A model generated the notes under the pieces. It was not told the origin of the DNA, searched no databases, and saw only the letters and a list, made by a program, of their open reading frames with translations. A DNA stretch of 63,019 nucleotides, counting the filler, from Stramenopiles sp. TOSAG23-2 (taxonomy: Eukaryota), in the NCBI GenBank assembly GCA_900128395.1. It is 8 parts of 8 records of this genome, joined end to end, with 100 filler letters (N's around TTAATTAATTAA, not from the genome) between each part and the next. Parts side by side here need not be neighbours in the genome. Positions count along the whole stretch, not along the records: positions 8,845 to 17,548 come from LT650172.1; positions 17,649 to 26,346 come from LT650173.1; 6 more parts are not named here. The stretch is one strand, 5' to 3'. Made by a program: the position numbers and the translations under genes. Positions 10,261 through 19,229 of the stretch are shown here, piece after piece (within the stretch, counting starts at the first letter, position 1; every line of letters starts with the position of its first letter).

Positions 10261-13200
10261 ATGAGTTATAATTTCAAGGATAATTTAGCTATTGACAATG
10301 ATCGCTATTTAAAGTGGTTTAATACGTCTAATGTGAAGCAGAATATTATAGGTTTGGATACGTCAAATGATTTGACTATAAATAATGGTGGTGGTTCGGT
10401 ATCTTTGAATCCTACGGGTTCAAGTCATACTTTTATAAATAGTGGTAATACTGGTGTGACGTTGATTGATAATAAACTTGGTGTGGGTTATAATACGACT
10501 GATAATACTAATTCGACATTGACTATGGCAAGTAGTTCATTTTTGTCTGTGAATACAGTATTTGGTAGTAATGATGGGTATCTTGGTATTACAGGTTCCA
10601 ACGAGTTGTCTCATTCTGCGGGTTCAAGTGTGATATCTTATGGTCAGAATCACGGGTCATTACCTGGTCATTTAGAGTATTATACTGGTACGAGTGGTGA
10701 GCATTCATTTTACACTGGTGCTGATACAAAGCGTGCTCAAATTTTGTCTGATGGTACTACTAATTTCATGCCTAATGGGAGTACGATTAGGTTATCTATA
10801 GAGGATACCATTTCAACGTTTGGGAACCAAGTTCATATTACGGATACTACGGAAGCAGTTAATGGTAGTACTGGTGCGTTGGTAATTAATGGTGGTTTGG
10901 GTGTGTTGGGAAATACTGTTATTGAGGGTACTCTAAGTATTAATAGTGTTATCGGAAATTTGGAGTTTAATAGTACTCGTCCTTCACTCAGTTACAGTTC
11001 AGGTAGTATGACTGTGGAGGGTGGTTTTGGAATACAGAGTACGGTGGATGCAGCGAGTGTGACTAGTGGTGGTGGGTTATCTGTGGCTGGTGGTTTTGCG
11101 TTGGGAAAGAAGGCTATTATTGGTGGTGAAGTAACAATAGAGTCTAGTACGGTGTCTACTAATTCTCAGACGGGTTCTTTGGTTGTATATGGGGGTGTGG
11201 GGTTAAACAAGACTGTGTATCATAAATCGGTGGCTCCTCATGTTAATTTTAGTCCATTGGTGACTGGTAACGAGTCTAGTATGCATTTTTATTCAAACAA
11301 TGATTTTACAGAGACATCTGGGACTGGTGGTGGATGGCACGTTGGTAATGGTGCGGTGAGTGTGGGGAGTGGTAATTTTAGTATAGGTCATATAACTAAT
11401 CCGAGACTTACGTTTCATGCTGATGGAAAAACAGTACTGTCTACGAATACTGGTTCACAAGTGTCTGGAGCATTAGAGGGGTTGACATTGACTACTGACA
11501 ATAGTACGGTATTTGCTGCGAATACTGATATTACGAATGTTAATCGACAATTTAATGTGTATAATGATAGTACAACGAATGATACATTTACTGCGCATTC
11601 GTTTCAGTCAGCGGCGGGTGGTACAGCAGATATAAAACACGTGGGGAATTCTACGAGTACAAGTCGTAAATTGGTGACTACACTAGACAATGTGGACATT
11701 GTTTCATTAGATTACTCTGGGATGACTGTCTTATCTACGACTTTGGTGGGAACAACAGTGAATTCTGTGTCTACCGTTGGTGGTGCATTGAATGTGGCAG
11801 GTGACCTAGTTCTAGGTGCATCCAAAACTATCCATATAGCACAGGGAGGCGTAGCGGCACCTACATTTACAAATAGGAGTGTAGGAACTAAAATAGTGTT
11901 GTATCCTGATATAGGTGCTGCCAGTGTAGATTTTGCAATAGGTATTGACGGTGGAACTCTGTGGCAAAGTGTACCTCTTTCAGCACATTTTTTCAACTGG
12001 TACGCAGGAACGACGAGTGTGATGACGTTGTCAGGTACTGGGAATATAACGTTATCTGGTACAGTGGACGGTCGTGACGTGGCTGCTGACGGTTTGACGA
12101 TAGACAATTTAAATACAACTATTGGTTTATCAGCTTTGAGTTCAGTGGAAGTGGATCAACTTGAAAATATAGACTCTGTGACTATATCAAATACTCAATG
12201 GGGTTACCTAGGGTCTTTAGATCAATCTTTATCTGTTGGAAGTAATCCTACGTTTGGGAATGTGATAGTAACTGGTACTGTGGACGGTCGTGATATATCG
12301 ATTGACGGTGGTTTATTAGATACTCTTTATACAACTATTGGTTTGAGTGCGTTAACAAGTGGTGAAGTAGATCAATTAGAAAACATTGATTCAGTGACGA
12401 TATCAAATTCCCAATGGGGATATCTGGGAGCGTTGGATCAAGCGCTATCTACAACAAACGGTGTGACATTTAACAGTGTGATCATTGATGGTACAAGTAC
12501 GGAAGCTTTACTAGTAAGAAAGGACGGAGACGTAGTCGACGGTGACGTATTTACAGTGGATACGACGAATACAAGAGTAAATATAGGTTCAGGAACTGCG
12601 AATCACACAACAAAGTTAAGTTTGTATGGTACTGCTAGTAGTGTTAATGGTCCTCATTGGGCTGCAACAACTACTGTGGACGTTTATCCAGTGTTTCAAA
12701 ATTTGAATCAAAATCATGACAATATATCATTGAATTTTGATATGTATTATGACGGTGTGAGTAATAAGAGTAGTGATCCCGGGAGTAATTTCAGGATATG
12801 GAAATTTGCTGACGCTTTAGGATTCTATTATGATAGTGGTGTGGCTGCAGGTAGTACAATGGTTACAAACAAGGTAGGTATGTCTATGAGTAATACTGGT
12901 GTGGTATCGTTTGAGCAAGGTATAATAGTGGACAAGTCTGGAACAGAGGCGTTACTCGTAAGAAAGGACACGGACGGTGGGGACGTTTTTGTGGTAGATA
13001 CAACAAATGAGATTGTGTGTGTGGTAGCAACGGCTGAATCAACAAGTGTAACAACGGGTGCATTCAAGGTATCAGGTGGTGTGGGTATATCAGGCTCGTT
13101 ATATGTGGGTGGTACATTGCATAGTGATGCATTATTCGAGTTGGCGAGTATTACGTTAGATAGTACGACTCCGAGTAGTAATTTAAGTACGGGTTCTTTG

Positions 13201-13902
13201 GTGACTCTGGGTGGTATTACTATAAACAAGACGAGTGACTCTGTGAGTTTGACCGAGGGTGGTTCATTAACGAGTGCTGGTGGTGCGAGTATAGCCAAGA
13301 GTGTATTTATTGGTGGTAATTTGGATGTATCAGGTACGAGTAACGAGTTGGGTGCGATGCAAATGTTGAATAATGACACTGGTGTTAGTTATATAACGGC
13401 GGCGGCATCTAGAACTAGTGGTCAGTATCAGTCAATATACATTACTGGTTACGACAAGACTCCGATTGTTGCCGAGTTTAATGCGACGGCTACGAGTTCT
13501 AGTTTGAGTACTGGTACACTAGTGGTACATAATGGTGGTGTTGGGATTAATTTTACGGACGATGCAGTTAGTATAACGAGTGGTGGTAGTATAACGAGTG
13601 GCGGTGGTGCGAGTATTGGTAAGCAATTGTTTGTTGGTGGGAATACCCAGATTGGTGATAATACTGTGACGCCTCAGCAATCATTGACTATAGGTACTGA
13701 AGGTTTTGGCACAAACAAGGATCATGGTATTAGAGTGTCTGTGAATGATGCTACGACTACGAGTCACACTAATTACAGGTACATTGATATGCGCTTGATA
13801 TCTAATGGTGCAAGTTCTTATAGGGGTGCACTTTTGGGTACGTTGGGTGGTGGAGTGGCAACGGAACATGAGTTTATTACGATGAATCAAACGGGTACCT
13901 AA
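10261..13902 (+). CDS. Large Gly/Ser/Thr-rich virion fibre/adhesin-like repeat protein, probably 3'-truncated
   Basis: Repeated GALVxxGGxG motifs, a duplicated ~70-aa GTVDGRD...QWGYLG unit and duplicated EALLVRKD units. The stop lies inside the 55-bp inverted junction. Confidence 0.8.
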   Translation: MSYNFKDNLAIDNDRYLKWFNTSNVKQNIIGLDTSNDLTINNGGGSVSLNPTGSSHTFINSGNTGVTLIDNKLGVGYNTTDNTNSTLTMASSSFLSVNTVFGSNDGYLGITGSNELSHSAGSSVISYGQNHGSLPGHLEYYTGTSGEHSFYTGADTKRAQILSDGTTNFMPNGSTIRLSIEDTISTFGNQVHITDTTEAVNGSTGALVINGGLGVLGNTVIEGTLSINSVIGNLEFNSTRPSLSYSSGSMTVEGGFGIQSTVDAASVTSGGGLSVAGGFALGKKAIIGGEVTIESSTVSTNSQTGSLVVYGGVGLNKTVYHKSVAPHVNFSPLVTGNESSMHFYSNNDFTETSGTGGGWHVGNGAVSVGSGNFSIGHITNPRLTFHADGKTVLSTNTGSQVSGALEGLTLTTDNSTVFAANTDITNVNRQFNVYNDSTTNDTFTAHSFQSAAGGTADIKHVGNSTSTSRKLVTTLDNVDIVSLDYSGMTVLSTTLVGTTVNSVSTVGGALNVAGDLVLGASKTIHIAQGGVAAPTFTNRSVGTKIVLYPDIGAASVDFAIGIDGGTLWQSVPLSAHFFNWYAGTTSVMTLSGTGNITLSGTVDGRDVAADGLTIDNLNTTIGLSALSSVEVDQLENIDSVTISNTQWGYLGSLDQSLSVGSNPTFGNVIVTGTVDGRDISIDGGLLDTLYTTIGLSALTSGEVDQLENIDSVTISNSQWGYLGALDQALSTTNGVTFNSVIIDGTSTEALLVRKDGDVVDGDVFTVDTTNTRVNIGSGTANHTTKLSLYGTASSVNGPHWAATTTVDVYPVFQNLNQNHDNISLNFDMYYDGVSNKSSDPGSNFRIWKFADALGFYYDSGVAAGSTMVTNKVGMSMSNTGVVSFEQGIIVDKSGTEALLVRKDTDGGDVFVVDTTNEIVCVVATAESTSVTTGAFKVSGGVGISGSLYVGGTLHSDALFELASITLDSTTPSSNLSTGSLVTLGGITINKTSDSVSLTEGGSLTSAGGASIAKSVFIGGNLDVSGTSNELGAMQMLNNDTGVSYITAAASRTSGQYQSIYITGYDKTPIVAEFNATATSSSLSTGTLVVHNGGVGINFTDDAVSITSGGSITSGGGASIGKQLFVGGNTQIGDNTVTPQQSLTIGTEGFGTNKDHGIRVSVNDATTTSHTNYRYIDMRLISNGASSYRGALLGTLGGGVATEHEFITMNQTGT

Positions 13903-13916
13903 AACACCAAATAAAG

Positions 13917-14738
13917 CTACACCTGTTTTTCCTTGATCATCAATACCACACGAAACACACCCAAATCACCAATATTCCATTCCAAAATCAATGGTTTATC
14001 ATTCTCAATGTAAATCTTCATATATGGTGACATACTCGTCGCCTTGATAAAGTAATTCAAATAATGTAACGAAAAATCACCCTTTATAATAGCATCCGAA
14101 GACTGAGTATATGTAATACGCTTCACATTATCATCAACTATCTCATTCTCTGATGGAGCTATCTGACGAAGAGTAATCTCACTCGACAACTTTGTTTTAT
14201 CACCATGATTCGTAAATACCAATTGTTGAGAATAAGACGTAATCTCAATACGATCCGAACCAAACCCAGACATCTCTTTGATAATCTCCTGAAACGTCTT
14301 GCTAGGTAAACTAATACAATGATCAGACTGAATATCACTCAACTTGAAAGGCTTGTCATCCAAAAATAACACCGGAAGATTATACTTTTTAATCTTGCCC
14401 TGAGAACTATTCTCCAATGATACACAAAGATGCGTAGGAGAATCTTGCTCCAAAGACAACGTAATACTGTCCTTTACATTCACATTCTTGATCAATTTAT
14501 AAAACTCACTTACCTCAATACCTATAATATACTTGCTCTTGCAGAAAAAAGACTCGAAATTCTCAGCACCCAAAAACGTATACGTAATCCACATGTCTGA
14601 CGAATCCTGCTTCGTAATCCTAATACCCTCGGGAGTAAACACAAAATTCAAATCCTTGATATACCCCTTGACAGTCTCGAAAAGATACTTGAAAAAAATA
14701 CTCTTTATCGTTCTCGCCTCAAACACATTAGAAGACAT
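13917..14738 (-). CDS. PCNA: Proliferating cell nuclear antigen (sliding clamp), NCLDV type
   Basis: FEARTIKSIFFKYLFE...DLNFVFTPEGIRI, FESFFC, LPSKTFQEIIKEM, FSLHYLNYFIKAT, ENDKPLILEWNIGDLG. Confidence 0.93.
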   Translation of the reverse strand: MSSNVFEARTIKSIFFKYLFETVKGYIKDLNFVFTPEGIRITKQDSSDMWITYTFLGAENFESFFCKSKYIIGIEVSEFYKLIKNVNVKDSITLSLEQDSPTHLCVSLENSSQGKIKKYNLPVLFLDDKPFKLSDIQSDHCISLPSKTFQEIIKEMSGFGSDRIEITSYSQQLVFTNHGDKTKLSSEITLRQIAPSENEIVDDNVKRITYTQSSDAIIKGDFSLHYLNYFIKATSMSPYMKIYIENDKPLILEWNIGDLGVFRVVLMIKEKQV

Positions 14739-14784
14739 TTAATAATAAACCCCAGTTTCGTTTAAATATCAATTTTCTACCCTT

Positions 14785-15477
14785 TTAAAAATTACCACCA
14801 AGCAACACTTGGGTCGTACTACGGTAATTCTTTTGACCCTTGATAGAATCATTCACTTGATGATCAATAAGAACCGGTTGAGTACTCGCATCCCTAAGAT
14901 AATCAATATACTGCTGCAATTGACTCGCAATCCTAGGAACAGTCTCGTTAATCACTAGTTCATTCAGTCTACGAGTCTCACTCACAGTATCATCCAGAAT
15001 ACGGTCCTTGTCTTCCCTCGATTTAGCTAGCTCCAATGAATTCGTATGTCTACCATACTGCAAATACATCGCACGCATCACAATCAATAATTCCTGACGC
15101 GATTGCTTATCAATCACTTGACCCATTTGCTTAAACACCGTAAAACGAATCAAATCCTGAAGATCATTCACATTACGCTCAGAAAAATACAAATAACTCA
15201 AAGGATTCTCAATATGAATATTACGCATCACCGCATTCGTATTTGATGCATTACCACTTTGCTTCACTTGAGTATCAGTCAATTGCCACATCCCAGGTGA
15301 CTTTAAATCCGAAACATCCACATTCGGAACACGAAACGTACGATCACTCTGTACACGACGAAGATCACTCTTGTTACCCGGAGTCGTATTTATATTCTCA
15401 AACAATTGAGGATGAAACGCAATATTAGGTATCCCATTTGTAGTATCTATTTGTTTATTAACATTGTAATGAGACAT
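14785..15477 (-). CDS. NCLDV conserved protein resembling the minor capsid P8 central region/DUF5761 family
   Basis: LSYLYFSERNVNDLQDLIRFTV...IDKQSRQELLIVMRAMYLQY...LNELVI...YIDYLRDAS; recognised by eye. Confidence 0.75.
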   Translation of the reverse strand: MSHYNVNKQIDTTNGIPNIAFHPQLFENINTTPGNKSDLRRVQSDRTFRVPNVDVSDLKSPGMWQLTDTQVKQSGNASNTNAVMRNIHIENPLSYLYFSERNVNDLQDLIRFTVFKQMGQVIDKQSRQELLIVMRAMYLQYGRHTNSLELAKSREDKDRILDDTVSETRRLNELVINETVPRIASQLQQYIDYLRDASTQPVLIDHQVNDSIKGQKNYRSTTQVLLGGNF

Positions 15478-15512
15478 TATTAATCATTACATATAAAAAA
15501 AATATCGGTTTA

Positions 15513-16292
15513 TCAAAAATCACCCAACTTTATTGCCCTTAATTCTTGTATACTCATACGCTTCTTCTCACCTGACAACGTACCATGTAGTATACTTTTT
15601 ACATTATCCGATAAATCATCATCAATTAGTAAACTATCCAACCCATCATATATATATTGATTCCACTGTTTATCCTCTGGTTGATCCCAAAGACACTTGT
15701 CTGTAAACAAAGTATAAAACATCAGACCCAAACACCACATATCAACCTTTTTAGGCACAACAAAAAAACCATCATATTGTTCTGGTGACCAACACCCCAA
15801 AGTACCAAACAATGTATTCGTTAAAGAATCAGCATTCCGAGCTGAACCAAAATCTATTAACCTTAACTCATTATTCTTGTTGACCAACACATTCTCAAGC
15901 TTGATATCACAATGCGCAATACCATTTTCGTGCAAATACTCGATTACCACCAGTAATTGCTCCCAAATACCTAATTTATTCACCATTACACCATTTGATA
16001 TTATATCAAACAAATCTTGCGATTCAAAATACTCCATACACATCACATTATTACTAAAATCAACATCAAACACAGACAATATACTCGAATGATCAAGCAC
16101 CTTGCCCATAGTATATTCCAAAGTCAATTCCTCACGCGATTTAACCTTTTTAACAACGTAATTCTTTTCAAAATTAGTTACCACACATACCTTGTTATGC
16201 TCATTCCCCTCAAATTTCTTTACACACTTGTATTTCGAGTCGTTAATCGTAGGATCAGATATCATTTTATACGTAAACTTCATCCCAATCAT
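15513..16292 (-). CDS. Ser/Thr protein kinase (viral)
   Basis: VVKK, HCDIKLEN, IDFG, GTLGCWSPE, DMWCLG. Confidence 0.93.
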   Translation of the reverse strand: MIGMKFTYKMISDPTINDSKYKCVKKFEGNEHNKVCVVTNFEKNYVVKKVKSREELTLEYTMGKVLDHSSILSVFDVDFSNNVMCMEYFESQDLFDIISNGVMVNKLGIWEQLLVVIEYLHENGIAHCDIKLENVLVNKNNELRLIDFGSARNADSLTNTLFGTLGCWSPEQYDGFFVVPKKVDMWCLGLMFYTLFTDKCLWDQPEDKQWNQYIYDGLDSLLIDDDLSDNVKSILHGTLSGEKKRMSIQELRAIKLGDF

Positions 16293-16310
16293 TGAAAATC
16301 ATCCTAAATA

Positions 16311-16502
16311 TTATTTATCAATTTTTACCAACAAAATACAAACCATCATTATAATCCAACGCATATCCAACAAAGTCTTTTTATACCCCAAAGAATCCAT
16401 ACCAATACCCCACTCGCGAAATTCACCATTACCCCTATACGTCAAACTAGGCTTCAGATAATGTATAATCAAAATTATACATACAAGCAAAACAACTTTC
16501 AT
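16311..16502 (-). CDS. Small two-TM viral membrane protein
   Basis: Two hydrophobic segments around KPSLTYRGNGEFREWGIG...KKTLL, resembling a small conserved NCLDV protein; fits the tight gene packing. Confidence 0.65.
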   Translation of the reverse strand: MKVVLLVCIILIIHYLKPSLTYRGNGEFREWGIGMDSLGYKKTLLDMRWIIMMVCILLVKIDK

Positions 16503-16532
16503 TAAACTTACCAGCTAAAATGTTTTTGTAAA

Positions 16533-16982
16533 TTACGTAAACAAAAAATCAACATAATCAAATATCGTCCTAGGATTAGATCTCTGATACTCTTCAATTA
16601 TAGATATACACTTGTTCATAATAGACATGTCACAATTCTCCAACACAATCTCACCCACCTTTGCATTCACAATACACACAGTATCAGACACATTCACTAT
16701 ATTCTTAATCAACAAAAACTTGTCCAACTCCATTATATGATGATTATTAACATTGATGTAATGCCTCGATTGAATCTTGTACAACATAAAATGAAGCTTC
16801 AACTTTTTATTCTCAATGTACTTGAATATTAAATAATTTTGAGTCCCCTGCTTATTCTCTGAATTTATACCAATATACTCTTTTACATATACCTTGTTCT
16901 TTGAATACTCACCAGAGTTATCTGACTCTACAACTTCAAATATATTCTGTTTCTTTGATATCACAGAAAAAGAATCACTCAT
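16533..16982 (-). CDS. Hypothetical viral protein
   Basis: ATG-initiated ORF filling the space in a co-directional gene run. Confidence 0.7.
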   Translation of the reverse strand: MSDSFSVISKKQNIFEVVESDNSGEYSKNKVYVKEYIGINSENKQGTQNYLIFKYIENKKLKLHFMLYKIQSRHYINVNNHHIMELDKFLLIKNIVNVSDTVCIVNAKVGEIVLENCDMSIMNKCISIIEEYQRSNPRTIFDYVDFLFT

Positions 16983-17002
16983 TCTACAATTAACCCCTAA
17001 AA

Positions 17003-17350
17003 TTATTTCTTTTTTCTCTTTACCTTGGACTTGGCTTTGTATTCATTACCCACCTCAATATATTCCACAGACCTTACATCAGGAAATCTATGCAACAACT
17101 TTTGTGTCTCAATTTCAGTCTTTGAACACGTCCTTGGACGATACCTAATATAAATCTGATTCGGCTCCAAAAAACGCACCTTGTAATCACTTACTTGTAA
17201 CACACTCTTTACATACTCAAAACACCCCGATACACTATAATCATAATCCAAAGAAGACATTGGTATTTCTATAGTCGCATGCGTCTCCTCTAAAAGTACC
17301 TTTTTACAACGCTCCAAAATTACACAATACCCCTGTGGTACTTTACTCAT
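17003..17350 (-). CDS. NCLDV DUF5759-like protein
   Basis: ILERC...EIP...Y...CFEYVKSVLQVSDYKVRFLEPNQIYIRY pattern; likely start MSKVPQ at 17350. Confidence 0.6.
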   Translation of the reverse strand: MSKVPQGYCVILERCKKVLLEETHATIEIPMSSLDYDYSVSGCFEYVKSVLQVSDYKVRFLEPNQIYIRYRPRTCSKTEIETQKLLHRFPDVRSVEYIEVGNEYKAKSKVKRKKK

Positions 17351-17385
17351 AATAATTACCAGTAAAATAATAAACACAAACACAC

Positions 17386-17548
17386 TTACTTCAAAATATT
17401 GTCAAACAATTCAGCAAAAGAACGCCGCACTGGATGCTCTTCTTGGTCTTGATCTTGATCTTGATCTTCGTCTTGATCGACTTGGTTCACCCATGGTTGG
17501 TTATTCATCATTTCCAGACAACGAGCATACAACTGCATAACCAATGGT
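17386..17548 (-). CDS. 3' end of a viral gene cut by the contig end
   Basis: Open frame PLVMQLYARCLEMMNNQPWVNQVDQDEDQDQDQDQEEHPVRRSFAELFDNILK*. Confidence 0.55.
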
Positions 17549-17975
17549 NNNNNNNNNNNNNNNNNNNNNNNNNNNNNNNNNNNNNNNNNNNNTTAATTAA
17601 TTAANNNNNNNNNNNNNNNNNNNNNNNNNNNNNNNNNNNNNNNNNNNNATATGATGATGTAATAATAAAATATATAGTAATAATAATAATAATTTCAATA
17701 TATCACCCCGCACCCCCCATTTTTTTCATTTCTGCAACATCTTCTTTTCATGCTCTTATAGGCTAAGGAGTTTACAAACAATACCCTTGTTTTTGAGTTC
17801 AAGTCCCTAACCCGTGATATTAATATAGGAAGAGTGTATTGTGTCACTCTTTTGTGGGAAGACTATAAAGAAACATATTAATATTAGACGACACCTACGA
17901 GACTATCAATTATCCTTTTTTGGGACCAATAATTATTACATTTCACAAGGAAAATTCGTCTTATACCGTTATCAT

Positions 17976-18323
17976 CTACACGTACACAATAGACCCTTGT
18001 TGCTTTTGACGATATCGATACTTATACACTTCTCGATCCTTCCAATACATACACATCAATTTTGACTTTATATATTCTCCTTTTGTTTGAGTACAAGCAT
18101 CATCATGCCATTGCTTACTCACCAACCATTCAGGTACTTTGGTTTTGTATTGTTCATGAGACAATATCATTAGGATAAGATATTTCAGAGCATGCAAATC
18201 TATTTTTTCTTCTCGAATTACGGAAAACTCCACATCTTGATCGTTGGGATGTAGGAATGTAATTTTCCTCCTCTTCGGTATATTTTCGTTGTTTTCAATC
18301 GTATGTTTTTTACTCATTGTCAT
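17976..18323 (-). CDS. Hypothetical protein with an NLS-like PKRRK
   Basis: ATG-initiated 115-aa ORF; no family recognised. Confidence 0.5.
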   Translation of the reverse strand: MTMSKKHTIENNENIPKRRKITFLHPNDQDVEFSVIREEKIDLHALKYLILMILSHEQYKTKVPEWLVSKQWHDDACTQTKGEYIKSKLMCMYWKDREVYKYRYRQKQQGSIVYV

Positions 18324-18392
18324 TGCGCTTTTTTATGCATATTATACTTCTTATATACTCCATATATTTGTTGATGATGCTGGGAAAATAGA

Positions 18393-18419
18393 AAGTTCGT
18401 AAAAAACCTTTACGAACTT
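18393..18419. other. Perfect short inverted repeat, candidate tyrosine-recombinase core site
   Basis: AAGTTCGTAA-AAAACCT-TTACGAACTT (10-11-bp arms, asymmetric 5-7-nt spacer), about 0.8 kb from the recombinase gene. The function is inferred. Confidence 0.4.
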
Positions 18420-18584
18420 AAATTACTATCCTAATATCACTAGCCATGCTATTTACCTATTATAATAGCACTGTGTTATCATTAACCACATACGGTACTT
18501 GCCTTACGTTTGCCATTTTTTGTTAACACTGGATTTTCGAAAAGCATAGACACAGCATTGTAGAACAGGTGAATAGAATTGCGA

Positions 18585-18773
18585 TTATAAATTTAAGGTG
18601 CCTTTAAATACCTGTTTTATTGCCATGGCACCCTCGTCTCCAATGCTATTCCCTTGTAAATTAATCCTTTTCAACGAGCCTCGTTGAAAAGGATTAATTT
18701 ACAAGGGAATAGCATTGGCGCAGAAGGTGCCAAGGCAATAAAAATGGTATTTAAAGGGACATTGGATTTATGA
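18585..18773. repeat. 189-bp palindrome made of two divergently oriented LRR C-terminal coding fragments
   Basis: Perfect 39-bp arms 18640-18678 and 18680-18718. + strand 18681-18773 = SLKRINLQGNSIGAEGAKAIKMVFKGTLDL*; - strand 18677-18585 = SLKRINLQGNSIGDEGAMAIKQVFKGTLNL*. Confidence 0.9.
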
Positions 18774-19229
18774 TAACAATATCCCCCGCAGTCCCACCTG
18801 ATAAGTATAGACTACACTACTAAATCCCCAAGGTTTTTTAAGCTATCTGTTGTGACTGTGTATACTAATTAGTAAACAAATAAATAATTTCCATGTGGAT
18901 TAGCATGGGGTTAGCCCCCCTATGTCAAAAAAAGTTCCATGTGGTGATGTTCCTATATGAAATTGGTAATGGACAAAGATAAAATGCGGGTTTTTGGAAG
19001 TGTTATGGAGATACGATGGATAGTGTGCAAGTGTGTGAGATGGGCGCAAGGTGGTGTGGATGGTTGGATGGACGAATATGTGCGATGGGTGTTGTTCGCA
19101 CACCTAATGTAGTCGGTTTTCGTCCATCTAAAAAAAAACTTATTTGAAGTATAATATGGTTATTCATTTTATGTATATATATAAATTTGGTATTTTTTAA
19201 AAATGGATATTGTATTGTTTATGTTAATG

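Larger units (their letters stand above)
8845..17548. mobile_element. Giant virus (Nucleocytoviricota) genome fragment
   Basis: Intronless, very short intergenic spacers and a G/T-rich coding strand unlike the host contigs. Encodes viral-type PCNA, P8-like/DUF5761, DUF5759-like, metacaspase and a fibre-like protein. Confidence 0.88.

Noticed and set aside
17412-17495. Arg/Ser-rich protamine-like mini-ORF (MGEPSRSRRRSRSRSRPRR) on the minus strand
   Set aside because: It is an alternative frame of the DQDQ-repeat C-terminus of the truncated viral gene; the longer open frame is the more parsimonious reading.
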